Below are positions 54,936 through 64,000 of a DNA stretch of 64,000 nucleotides, piece by piece. The DNA comes from Escherichia phage APCEc01. Every line of letters starts with the position of its first letter. Within the stretch, counting starts at the first letter, position 1. Made by a program: the position numbers and the translations under genes. Under the pieces are notes generated by a model that worked only from the letters and a program-made list of their open reading frames with translations, ran no database searches and was not told the DNA's origin. The DNA lies in the sequence record NC_029091.1. One strand, 5' to 3'.

Positions 54936-55760
54936 TTATTGTTTTCTAGGACCAGGAGGGGTTGGTGGAGTCGGGATTGGAATATCATGAGTATAAGTTT
55001 GTTCAACTTCACCATTCCAATCTTGTGCTTCAACGTCTCTCGGTTTAATTTCTGTATCAACTGATTCAAAAACACTGGCGGCTGTTTGAAGGTCTCGTTC
55101 ATTAGCATGAAAATCAAGATAAGTCGTTTTAATAAGGCCTTCAGCTGCGCCTACCGGAGGATACATCCATCCATTTACTTCAAATGTTAATGACCACTCT
55201 AAACGTCGTCGAGATAAATTATCACCGTCTATTTGTTCATCCATTGCTGCTGCCATCCATACGACTTTAATATCCCTTTCAAATGGAATATCCTGCCCAT
55301 ATTGCTCAATCATAGTCGTATTAAAATGCGGCTGAAAATATGGAATAATTTGCTCAACGATTTGGAACATATCATCTTCATAACGAGTAAAGATGCTCAG
55401 TTCAAAAATCATTTTAATTGGTGATGGGTTGTATTGGTCTACAATATCCTTAGTCGATTTACTCAAAAGAGAGTTATTCAATATATTCGTTTTAAACGTT
55501 GGGTTATAAACGAAATCTACCATTTGGAGATTTATACGTGGTAGAATAGTTTCGACTTTAGCCACATCTTCTTGTGAGTTTATAGAGGTCCATTTATTAA
55601 GTTTCATCATAAAGTGCTCTTTAGATGCATACGTAATAGGAACTCTAATTAATTTATTGCCTGTAGACAATTGACGGTTAACTTGGATATTTGAAAACAA
55701 ATCGCCCATCATTGTGATATATCGCCTGAACGACGAGTTGTAAAAATAACCAAACATCAT
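54936..55760 (-). CDS. 15: Tail sheath stabiliser / terminator gp15
   Basis: 274 aa; synteny. Confidence 0.85.
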   Translation of the reverse strand: MMFGYFYNSSFRRYITMMGDLFSNIQVNRQLSTGNKLIRVPITYASKEHFMMKLNKWTSINSQEDVAKVETILPRINLQMVDFVYNPTFKTNILNNSLLSKSTKDIVDQYNPSPIKMIFELSIFTRYEDDMFQIVEQIIPYFQPHFNTTMIEQYGQDIPFERDIKVVWMAAAMDEQIDGDNLSRRRLEWSLTFEVNGWMYPPVGAAEGLIKTTYLDFHANERDLQTAASVFESVDTEIKPRDVEAQDWNGEVEQTYTHDIPIPTPPTPPGPRKQ

Positions 55761-55809
55761 TTCTCCTAACCGGCCTTTCGACCGGTGTTTGCTTTATCTT
55801 ATCTATTTA

Positions 55810-56574
55810 TTAATTCATAAACCCATCGTCAAATGGTGAATTTTGTCTACCACGGTTGTTAACTACTACATACGGCTCAACGTATTCACTTGCCTCTGAA
55901 TTGATTTGCTCAACTTCAGAATATTCATCGATATTAATGTCATGGATACCGTCAAGATTTCTAACAGGGTTAAGTTCCAAGTCACTAAATTCAGGTATAT
56001 TGATACCTTCATTTTTCTGAAGCACCGGATTGATTTCTTCGCCAGAGTAAATAAACTTGCCTGCAGTAATTTTACGAATCGCATTTTTACCTACTTGATA
56101 GAATGGGTCATATGGTTCAACCCAGTTAATCTCAAACAAACTGTTGTCCATTGGGAAGTATATTAAATCACCTTCCTTAGGCTCCTGATTGTTGACCTGG
56201 TGTTTGAAAAGGCCCGGGTTAATAGATAATGTAACCTCGTCTTGAACTTGCATTCCGAAGTTGCTGAAGAACGATTTCGCTCCTTCATAACCTTCAAAAG
56301 AGTTCAGATATGCAGCAAATTTCCATGCTTTAGTAAATTTATTTTTAAGGTCCTCACCAAAGATAAGGTCCACGGCAACATATTCACGTGGAACATAAAA
56401 ACATTCAATACCGCGCATCTGTATGCTTTCTGCCACTAGAACATCGGCTAATGTCTGACTATTCTCATAATTATTAAAATTGACAAATGGATTGAGGATT
56501 TCGGTCTCATTTGTCTGAGAATACCCACCACGATTTTCTAGCTTGGCGAAAAGATTTTTATCATAAGTTGCCAT
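55810..56574 (-). CDS. 14: Neck protein gp14
   Basis: 254 aa; synteny. Confidence 0.85.
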   Translation of the reverse strand: MATYDKNLFAKLENRGGYSQTNETEILNPFVNFNNYENSQTLADVLVAESIQMRGIECFYVPREYVAVDLIFGEDLKNKFTKAWKFAAYLNSFEGYEGAKSFFSNFGMQVQDEVTLSINPGLFKHQVNNQEPKEGDLIYFPMDNSLFEINWVEPYDPFYQVGKNAIRKITAGKFIYSGEEINPVLQKNEGINIPEFSDLELNPVRNLDGIHDINIDEYSEVEQINSEASEYVEPYVVVNNRGRQNSPFDDGFMN

Positions 56575-56575
56575 A

Positions 56576-57502
56576 TTAACCTACCAAAATACCTGCAGGA
56601 GGGTCCAGTAAATATAACTCTTCTCGTAAAGCTTCTTTCTCTAAACGAGCTTCTTCAATTAATCGAACACCATCAACAGTGACGCCACCAGGTAACATCA
56701 TACCTTGATGTTTAGCAAGAATTTGTCCATTAAGCTCTTTAGCTAATGCAGTTGCATAATCTTTAACCCAGCGGTTGTTATATGCGCCTTGTTTAGTTGC
56801 AGGATCTTCACCAACTCGACGTCCTACCAAATTATGGTCTGGATTATCATAACGTTCAGAAATAGACCATGAATCACGAGGACCAACCTGACCGTACCCT
56901 ACTGTATTTCCTACCATCTTATGGGCCTCGATATAAGAGCGAACATACGATTCAACGATAATGACATCTTTCTGTCTAAAGTTACCCATTACTTTTAATT
57001 GCTCGTTTGCAGAGTTAAACCAAAAATCTGGAAGAGGAGCAATCATATCTTGAAGCATACCCATATAAGATACTAATTGAGAATAATACCCGAGGTCAGC
57101 GCCAAAAGCGTTTGGGCCGTAGAATTTACCACAATTACTACCCATACCACCTGAAACACCAGCCATTCCTAAAAGGAAATCGGTGAACCATGGATAAGTT
57201 GCATTACCATCCATTGAAGTAATAGAGCCAACATTTGTTCTTATAATTCTTGTTACGGCAAATACGTTAGAACCACGCATATCAAATACGCCGTGACGGT
57301 ATTTTTCTTCGTCATCAACAAAAAATACATGGAAACCTTTATTCAACCCGTCAAAATGGTATTCGCCATAAAGTTCTAACGCTCGTGAAATACAATCATA
57401 AATTTGGTCCGTAGTTAATTCAACATTTACAATAGGAGCGCCTAAACGACGTAATATTACATCCTTTAATTCTTTAGGGTTTTGTGCATTATAACCTGAC
57501 AT
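56576..57502 (-). CDS. 13: Neck protein gp13
   Basis: 308 aa; synteny. Confidence 0.85.
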   Translation of the reverse strand: MSGYNAQNPKELKDVILRRLGAPIVNVELTTDQIYDCISRALELYGEYHFDGLNKGFHVFFVDDEEKYRHGVFDMRGSNVFAVTRIIRTNVGSITSMDGNATYPWFTDFLLGMAGVSGGMGSNCGKFYGPNAFGADLGYYSQLVSYMGMLQDMIAPLPDFWFNSANEQLKVMGNFRQKDVIIVESYVRSYIEAHKMVGNTVGYGQVGPRDSWSISERYDNPDHNLVGRRVGEDPATKQGAYNNRWVKDYATALAKELNGQILAKHQGMMLPGGVTVDGVRLIEEARLEKEALREELYLLDPPAGILVG

Positions 57503-57514
57503 ATAAATCCTTTA

Positions 57515-57528
57515 GGGCCCGAAGGCCC
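57515..57528 (-). other. Intercistronic hairpin between wac and gene 13
   Basis: gggcc cgaa ggccc; on the minus-strand transcript it sits between the wac stop and the gene 13 RBS. Confidence 0.5.
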
Positions 57529-57534
57529 TTTTCA

Positions 57535-58983
57535 TTAAGCTGTAGGAAGTTCAACCCATGCGCCATCTTTGCGAACATAGAATTTACCGTCTGAAGGAGC
57601 ATCTTCAATATATCCAGCGTCCTTAAGAGTCTGGATTTCAGCTTCTGCAGCGGCCAAATCAGTTTCAAGAGTAGCAATTCTAGAAGTTAAACCATTAATT
57701 GTCATATCATGACTTTTAACTGTAGGCAATATACCGCGTTCTTCAACAGTCGAACAATTTGGGTTGGTGCCATTTATAAGAGTATTTAATGTGTTTACAG
57801 AACCCTTAATTCCTGTGCTATTAGTCCCAACATCAGTTTGAATGCTCTGAATGTCATTACTCATCCCACTGATAGTTCCTTCAAGCTCTCGAGTACGATA
57901 AAGCAAAGAGCCGTCTGGTTCCGGTTTCCCACCTGAAGCGTCAACACCAACTACGTTATTTAACCATGACACATTAAAACGCAGTCCTGACGAAGAATCA
58001 GAGCCGACAACAGTGTTCAATGCTCCGATAGCATCAGTATTGAGTTTAATACGTCCTTGGATTGTAGTAGGCAAATCATCAGCGCCAATGGCAGTTTCTA
58101 CCGTAGTCAAACGAGGTTTAATACCACCTGATTGATTGAGCTCAAGATTAATGTCGTTTATTGCTGAACTATTCGCATTAGTTGTAGTAATAATAGAAGT
58201 CGTATTAGGATACCCAATAGACTGTTTAATGCCATCCAAGTCAGCATTTTGACGCGACAAAGTTAAATCAATACCGGAAAGACGACTAAACACTGGAGTA
58301 GTGAAAGAAGTACGAGGCCCCATTTCTTCGCGCAAGTGTTCGACTTCAATAGTTAAAGAGCCGACGTCAGAATCAGCAAATTTAGTTTCTAAATCAGTTA
58401 ATCGAACACCATGGTCAACAATTACGGAGCTATTAGTCATAATACGGCGTTTCATACCAGTGCTATCATTTCCTGGAGTAGGAACCCCATTAATATCTTG
58501 ACCAGTATATTGTCCTAATTCATTTTTAATCCAAAGCAGGTCATTACGAACCGTTCTATAAACTGAATCTGTTTCCTGATTATAAACACCAATATCATCA
58601 GTATTCGCATCAATATGTTCATTCAAATCATTCAATTCACTAGCATGGGTTTGAACTGTGACTTTAATGACATCAATATCTTGGGTGTTCTGGCCTATCT
58701 GTGCAAGAGCATCAACATCCCCAGAAACATCTAAAATACCTTGAATAACTTTGATATCTTCATTGGCCGTATTCAAAGAAGATGCTATAGTTTTAATATT
58801 AACATCTAACGCTTCTACGTTACGTTGAACTTCAACAATAGGGCGGTTCATTACACCTTCAGAACCGTATTTTGTGTCAGCACCTGTTATTTCTTCATCG
58901 TTTTTAATCCATTCAATACGACTCTGACCCGCGTCTGGCGGGCCGTCAACATATGGTAAATCTACCAGAGTTATATCAGACAT
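57535..58983 (-). CDS. wac: Fibritin (whiskers, neck collar)
   Basis: 482 aa; coiled-coil-rich with C-terminal foldon-like GYIEDAPSDGKFYVRKDGAWVELP. Confidence 0.85.
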   Translation of the reverse strand: MSDITLVDLPYVDGPPDAGQSRIEWIKNDEEITGADTKYGSEGVMNRPIVEVQRNVEALDVNIKTIASSLNTANEDIKVIQGILDVSGDVDALAQIGQNTQDIDVIKVTVQTHASELNDLNEHIDANTDDIGVYNQETDSVYRTVRNDLLWIKNELGQYTGQDINGVPTPGNDSTGMKRRIMTNSSVIVDHGVRLTDLETKFADSDVGSLTIEVEHLREEMGPRTSFTTPVFSRLSGIDLTLSRQNADLDGIKQSIGYPNTTSIITTTNANSSAINDINLELNQSGGIKPRLTTVETAIGADDLPTTIQGRIKLNTDAIGALNTVVGSDSSSGLRFNVSWLNNVVGVDASGGKPEPDGSLLYRTRELEGTISGMSNDIQSIQTDVGTNSTGIKGSVNTLNTLINGTNPNCSTVEERGILPTVKSHDMTINGLTSRIATLETDLAAAEAEIQTLKDAGYIEDAPSDGKFYVRKDGAWVELPTA

Positions 58984-60566
58984 TATTTTACCTTAATGAT
59001 ATAGTTTAAAGAAATATTCCATGGACGAGTTTCATTTCCAATTAATTCTGGACGATTCATGGTATATTTAGAGTTACGCTGAGACGCTGGATCAATTTCA
59101 TATCCTTCGTTAGTAAAATATGAACGGTTATCCCAGTCAAGTCCTTTACGAGTACCAACAAAGTTTGAACGACGAGTATTACCAAATGCACCGGAATCGT
59201 CACGTTCGCCAAAACCACCAGCGTGCTTATGATACGACATCTGTTGTTTTTGCACTTCACCGACATATCCACCGGTACAACCTTCCGCCAGACGAGGCTT
59301 ACCGAATTGGTCATTACCATTAACATTAGGGTTAGTTAAATGGTTACCACGACCTGAGCCGCGAACAAATAATCCACGCATATCAGGCAAGCCTGGGTTA
59401 GAAGAGCTACCACCATATCGTGTCCCAATTCTGGAAGCATATACAGGACATTCTGAAGCAGAAACGGTCCCACCATGACAGAAGCGCCAGTCAGAACTCG
59501 GTAAACTATCTGCAGCCCACATTGTAATAGCGCCAACTGGAAGAATTCGGTCCAATTCATTTTGAGTCACAATACGATTGCCTTGAATATAACCACCGGT
59601 CATATTGACATTACCCGTTATATTAGCGCCACCAGAACCAACCGTCAACGTATTATTAATGCGAAGCGTGCCATTAATAGTTTGTCCGCCTCGTTGGTGG
59701 ATAACATCAGCATTCCAAGCAAGGGCAGAAGAACCATCACCACCTGATTGGCTACCCGCTTGTGTAGTTAAACGAACAACTCCACGTAAAGAAGTTGTAG
59801 CCCCACGCCCGTTTAATGTTGCGCCGGTCACTACAACTGAAGAGTTGTTACTATTTACTTCAGTCTGTGTCCCTAGTTTAACGACACCTTTATTAGTTTC
59901 TGATGCTACTGAATTCATAAAGGTATAAGGTGAAATTGCATAGCCTTCACGCAGGGTGCCTTGTTGTGCTTGAGCAACTGTAGCCAAACGAACAACACCG
60001 GTAATAGATTCGGTGGCGTCACCATTATTTGGAGCAATTTGTGAAATAAGTTTAATTGCTAATTGTTGTGTTTTTAACGGGGTCATTGCCGTTGTATCGT
60101 CAGAACCAGCTAATGCCGCAGCAGAAGTTGAAATTTTAATTACACCATTTGTTGCTTCTGTTGACACTTTTGTCTGAAATACATTGTCTATTTTTTGATT
60201 CAATTTAAGCGGAGTAATTGATGCATCGTCAATAGCTCCAGTTACTGCTTCATCTCCAGTAGCATAACGAGTTAAGCCATATTGAGTTTCAGTTGCATTA
60301 GGATATTGTAGACGAGCATTCAGTGTTGCCGGAGTAACAGCTTTACTATTATCTAATCCATCAATAACTTCTTGTGGAGTAGCTATTTGAATAATTCCAG
60401 GTGTAGTAGTTGTTGCTTCCGGTACGCCATTAACACCTGAAGGAGAAATGGCAGCTAATGCGGCTTGGACATTAGTGACTGTGTCTGGAAAATTCGACCC
60501 CGTAGGGTCGAATTCAACGTAAATGGATTCGTTTGAAACGTGTTGGTATGTATTGTTATTACTCAT
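58983..60566 (-). CDS. 12: Short tail fiber gp12
   Basis: 527 aa, same as T4 gp12; N-terminal repeats related to the gp34 motif. Confidence 0.9.
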   Translation of the reverse strand: MSNNNTYQHVSNESIYVEFDPTGSNFPDTVTNVQAALAAISPSGVNGVPEATTTTPGIIQIATPQEVIDGLDNSKAVTPATLNARLQYPNATETQYGLTRYATGDEAVTGAIDDASITPLKLNQKIDNVFQTKVSTEATNGVIKISTSAAALAGSDDTTAMTPLKTQQLAIKLISQIAPNNGDATESITGVVRLATVAQAQQGTLREGYAISPYTFMNSVASETNKGVVKLGTQTEVNSNNSSVVVTGATLNGRGATTSLRGVVRLTTQAGSQSGGDGSSALAWNADVIHQRGGQTINGTLRINNTLTVGSGGANITGNVNMTGGYIQGNRIVTQNELDRILPVGAITMWAADSLPSSDWRFCHGGTVSASECPVYASRIGTRYGGSSSNPGLPDMRGLFVRGSGRGNHLTNPNVNGNDQFGKPRLAEGCTGGYVGEVQKQQMSYHKHAGGFGERDDSGAFGNTRRSNFVGTRKGLDWDNRSYFTNEGYEIDPASQRNSKYTMNRPELIGNETRPWNISLNYIIKVK

Positions 60567-61222
60567 GAGGCTCTCACAAAGTGGTAGAAAACGGTAGGAG
60601 TATCATGGTTATCAAGAGTAACCGTTTGGGCACCCAATAAATTCCATGTTCCGTATCCGGATTTTGCTTCAGACAAAATTTCTTGCGAAATTGTTACACC
60701 AAACGAAGCATATGTTGGCAACACATGACGTTGGTTATCTAAATATGTCACCTGAAGTTTATTACCTTCAGACGGATGGTCTTTATAAGAAGAAATAGCG
60801 ATTTGATTAGCAATGGCTTCTTGTAAAGCTATACGAACTTGTGCCGTTAATTCGTTATCAGTCATACCAATTGTTGCTTTAACAGCAAGTCCAAATACGT
60901 TAATAACGACCGGCGTTCCAGGGGCCAAAGTATCGTCGAGAACATCACCAGAAAAAGTCCAATAATCAACTTGTGCTGTACCTTCAGGCGATACGCCTGA
61001 AGTGTTTGTGACAACAGTACCAATATCAGCTCGTGCCATATTATGGACATCATTTATTGCAGATTCTACGTTAGCGTCATAAAAACCGCGAGCTAACTGA
61101 GAAATAGTCACAGAACCTACAGCTTGGTTGTTTAAAACATCAATTTGAGCTGGATTTTTTCTGTAATTCAAAAAATCAGCATGGCGGGAAATAACTCCCG
61201 CCTTTGTATTAAGTACAGTCAT
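60563..61222 (-). CDS. 11: Baseplate wedge subunit gp11
   Basis: 219 aa from internal ATG overlapping the gene 10 stop (TAATG), RBS aagga; track ORF extended to 61240. Confidence 0.8.
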   Translation of the reverse strand: MTVLNTKAGVISRHADFLNYRKNPAQIDVLNNQAVGSVTISQLARGFYDANVESAINDVHNMARADIGTVVTNTSGVSPEGTAQVDYWTFSGDVLDDTLAPGTPVVINVFGLAVKATIGMTDNELTAQVRIALQEAIANQIAISSYKDHPSEGNKLQVTYLDNQRHVLPTYASFGVTISQEILSEAKSGYGTWNLLGAQTVTLDNHDTPTVFYHFVRAS

Positions 61223-63027
61223 TATGCAATCCTTACCCAACGGTATACAGTTATAGATGGCTGAATATTAGTTATAGAACGCGCTGGAACATGAGATTCA
61301 TTAGTCTTTGCATGGTCTTCACGATATTTAGTGTAAATAGGACCTTCTTCATCCGGGTCGTATTGGCAACCGCCTATAATTACTGTACCATTATCATCAG
61401 AAATAAGAACCTTTTCATCGGTTTGTGTAGCTGGTAAATCAGCATTTTCTAATGTGATGGTTGTTACACCAACGGTACCACCTGCAGTATGAGTAGGGTT
61501 ACCATTGACGTCAAGGTCATTATTATTTAATGCAAAATTAGGATCCGACGCGTCATCATTCCAACCTGCTAATACTTTGCCTTGTCCCCAAATTTTCCAC
61601 GAACCAAAACCTAAATAAGTGGCCGGATTATTAGGGTTAACCGCATTTTCGTAAATAGTCCCGACAGGATAAATTGTATCAAATATTGCTGAGATAGTCG
61701 AGAATTCACGTTCATACTTAGGAACAGGTTCTACATTAGGCCATCCAATTTTATCGAAATCGGTTAATGCAACGTCACCAGTAATTTCAATGTTAGACCC
61801 TTGAGAAACATATTTCTCATCAGCGACATCAAGAATTTCTTCCATTTCAAGAAGAGTTCCTAAATCGTTATTAAACCATGTGATGGTAATAATGTCTTGG
61901 TCTTCAAATTGACGGTCAAACAGAATTGCGCTAGGGATATTATCAGTATATTCAATCGCATAATCTGTATACGATTGAGTCCATGTCCCACCGAGATTAG
62001 CGCATGACTCTTCAGAATCAGCATCCACACCTTCACAACGGAAAATAGGAGTTCCAACAGTACCCGCTAATTCTTGGAGAATACCATTGAAGCGAACTTC
62101 TAATGAATTCGGGTTAGGTGGTTCTGTAGGATTAATACCAAATGCTGTAAATGGAATAGACCTGAATGTACTCAAATCAGTGACGTAAATACTTCCGTCA
62201 ATAGACTTTTTAGCAGTCAATTTACTATCTAAAATGCGAACTTGGCGACGAGTATATGAACTACGCCACTGAGAAACACCGTCTAGGAATGTCTCAATTT
62301 GTACAGTGTCCCCAACATTACATGGTTGGCGTAATCTAATATTAAATCCATCAAGTGCAACCAGTTCACCAGGATTAGCGCCTGGAGAACCAAAATCACT
62401 ATTATCACTGAATACATCACCATAATACAATTCGTTGCCACGATGTTTTACGCGAATGTTGTTAACGTTATAAGAGGTCCCGTTAAAAACATCCATGAAA
62501 TCGGTCTGACCTTGGGTTTCAACCAGATATTCTCTACGAGCAACATTACTAATGTCAGAGCTAACTATTTTATCAATTTGTTTGTTCTTGATGTATTCCC
62601 AACGACCAGGAGCACAATAAACTAATTCTAAATCAGAGAACTGAACGTTAATTTCTACCGGAGATGAAGAACCTTTAATCGTGTCCCCGTTTGCCGGAAT
62701 TAAAGTAACAGGGTTAATGTTCCAAGTTGCAAATACGTCACGAGCACGAATAACTTTATTATAGTCTGCAATTGTACCTTTAGGAAGATTTACCGAAACT
62801 CGCCCAGAAGTAGTATTAATTGCATAAGATTTACCCCAAGCGGCCTTAAGATTAAGACCATCAGCCGCATCATAAGTCTTCCATGCGCCAGCGGCATAAG
62901 GAACTTCACCATCACCTAATTCATAATAGATTTCGTCAAAGTTCTCATTTATTTTTTCACCACCTCGACGAAGGTAATCGCCTTGTCCGTCATCAACGAC
63001 GTTACCAATTTTAATATTTTGTTTCAT
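61222..63027 (-). CDS. 10: Baseplate wedge subunit gp10
   Basis: 601 aa; synteny. Confidence 0.9.
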   Translation of the reverse strand: MKQNIKIGNVVDDGQGDYLRRGGEKINENFDEIYYELGDGEVPYAAGAWKTYDAADGLNLKAAWGKSYAINTTSGRVSVNLPKGTIADYNKVIRARDVFATWNINPVTLIPANGDTIKGSSSPVEINVQFSDLELVYCAPGRWEYIKNKQIDKIVSSDISNVARREYLVETQGQTDFMDVFNGTSYNVNNIRVKHRGNELYYGDVFSDNSDFGSPGANPGELVALDGFNIRLRQPCNVGDTVQIETFLDGVSQWRSSYTRRQVRILDSKLTAKKSIDGSIYVTDLSTFRSIPFTAFGINPTEPPNPNSLEVRFNGILQELAGTVGTPIFRCEGVDADSEESCANLGGTWTQSYTDYAIEYTDNIPSAILFDRQFEDQDIITITWFNNDLGTLLEMEEILDVADEKYVSQGSNIEITGDVALTDFDKIGWPNVEPVPKYEREFSTISAIFDTIYPVGTIYENAVNPNNPATYLGFGSWKIWGQGKVLAGWNDDASDPNFALNNNDLDVNGNPTHTAGGTVGVTTITLENADLPATQTDEKVLISDDNGTVIIGGCQYDPDEEGPIYTKYREDHAKTNESHVPARSITNIQPSITVYRWVRIA

Positions 63028-63899
63028 TATTGAGCGACCCCAATTTTCTGAGTTGAGATAATTTTAACTGCTGAACGTAATCCAATAATATCGGATGTAA
63101 TCGTCATAGTAGCAAAGTTGTTAATAATACTAAAGCTAATATTAGCAATCTCGTCGGTTTCATCTACATTACCAACTCGCATTACTGCAAATTCGGTAGA
63201 AAGAACTTCTGAGTTAATTGTATCTATTAGAATATTTATTTCGCATGTTTTTATTTTTCTACCGTCAGCGGATTGGCATGTAACAAGCAATTTAGCCATA
63301 TTATAATCTGTGCGATAAAACAGAGGAATAGAAACTGAGTTTCCTGTAAGACTCCAAGTCCCATCGACAGGAGATTCTTTCTGCCCAAACATGCTATCAG
63401 TAGAATAATTCCATACTGAAGTTGGCCCGTTAAGTTCAACACAACGAAGAACAACATGGGTATAAGGGGTGGAAATAACAAGATTATTAAGAACACCTTT
63501 AATTGAACCATCGGTTACTTGGATACTTAAAGGATTGTTAACAGAAATAGACCCATTAGAGTTTATGAATTCTACAGAATCACCTAATTCAGGACGGTCA
63601 ATAATAACAATCACACCGCCATCAGAAGCATCAATATCATGCATGGTGCCGGGTTTAATAGGAGTTTGATAATCGATCGCCTTTCCTTTTTGATAATAAC
63701 CTGTGGCATGAATAGTTTGACCTGTAGGTCCGGTTCCATCTGCTACGGCCATTTTACGTTGATCGCCAAATGCATTGTAAATAGCGTTGATATCGTCATT
63801 TATTTTATTACCACCGTCGAATAAGATATCACCTGTTGAGGCATTACCAATTTCGCCGGTATCGATTAATTGTTTAGGAGTTTGCTTAAAAAATGCCAT
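63027..63899 (-). CDS. 9: Baseplate wedge subunit / tail fiber socket gp9
   Basis: 290 aa; N-terminus closely matches recalled T4 gp9 (KQLIDTGEIGNASTGDILFDGGNKIN). Confidence 0.9.
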   Translation of the reverse strand: MAFFKQTPKQLIDTGEIGNASTGDILFDGGNKINDDINAIYNAFGDQRKMAVADGTGPTGQTIHATGYYQKGKAIDYQTPIKPGTMHDIDASDGGVIVIIDRPELGDSVEFINSNGSISVNNPLSIQVTDGSIKGVLNNLVISTPYTHVVLRCVELNGPTSVWNYSTDSMFGQKESPVDGTWSLTGNSVSIPLFYRTDYNMAKLLVTCQSADGRKIKTCEINILIDTINSEVLSTEFAVMRVGNVDETDEIANISFSIINNFATMTITSDIIGLRSAVKIISTQKIGVAQ

Positions 63900-63931
63900 A
63901 ATTCTGCCTTTTGTTGTCCGATATTATATTC

Positions 63932-63939
63932 TATTTATA
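63932..63939 (-). promoter_or_regulatory. T4-type late promoter for gene 9
   Basis: tatttata on plus = TATAAATA on minus, 33 nt upstream of gene 9 ATG. Confidence 0.65.
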
Positions 63940-63940
63940 G

Positions 63941-63968
63941 ATACAAAAATGGGAGCCCGAAGGCTCCC
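63941..63968 (-). terminator. Rho-independent terminator (minus strand), presumably ending the upstream gene 8 transcript
   Basis: gggagcc cgaa ggctccc with U tract on minus strand. Confidence 0.7.
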
Positions 63969-64000
63969 TAATTAAAACATAAACAAAATGTTAATTTCTT

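Noticed and set aside
57502-57509. Plus-strand TATAAATC resembling a late promoter
   Set aside because: Overlaps the gene 13 start codon region, points into antisense wac, no plus-strand gene downstream; likely coincidental
63972-64000. Possible 3-prime end of gene 8 on the minus strand
   Set aside because: Only about 30 nt are inside the window; frame and stop cannot be assigned reliably

Overview
This window is a contiguous segment of a T4-like (Tevenvirinae, Tequatrovirus-type) myovirus genome, in reverse orientation relative to the standard T4 map. The assignment rests on ORF order, ORF lengths and recalled protein motifs; no database search was run. Layout: (i) the 5-prime part of long tail fiber gene 34 on the minus strand (1-3175); (ii) a plus-strand early/middle region, rnh-dsbA-33-59-32-frd-td-nrdA-nrdB-denA-rnlA-alc-spanins-pseT-cd-31-rIII-30-alt, interspersed with small accessory ORFs; (iii) the late structural cluster: 54-48-29-28-27-51 (minus), 26-25-uvsY (plus), uvsW (minus), inh-hoc-rnlB (plus), then 24-23-22-21-68-67-20-19-18-17-16-15-14-13-wac-12-11-10-9 (minus). 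Regulatory architecture is readable directly: T4-type late promoters (TATAAATA), sigma70-type early promoters (GTTTAC, about 17-18 nt, TGnTACTAT), MotA-box middle promoters, and a family of GC hairpin terminators. No tRNA, rRNA, CRISPR array, group I intron or homing endonuclease gene was found; td and nrdB are uninterrupted. Nothing here is demonstrably a new system, but the most notable accessory content is a DAHP synthase gene next to cd, a NADAR-like plus HAD-like gene pair upstream of DNA ligase and alt, a repeated terminator-plus-early-promoter cassette flanking small ORFs, and an early-promoter-driven opposite-strand ORF between capsid genes 24 and 23. Several track ORFs were trimmed to internal ATGs where the annotated start lay inside a promoter or hairpin or used GTG/TTG.
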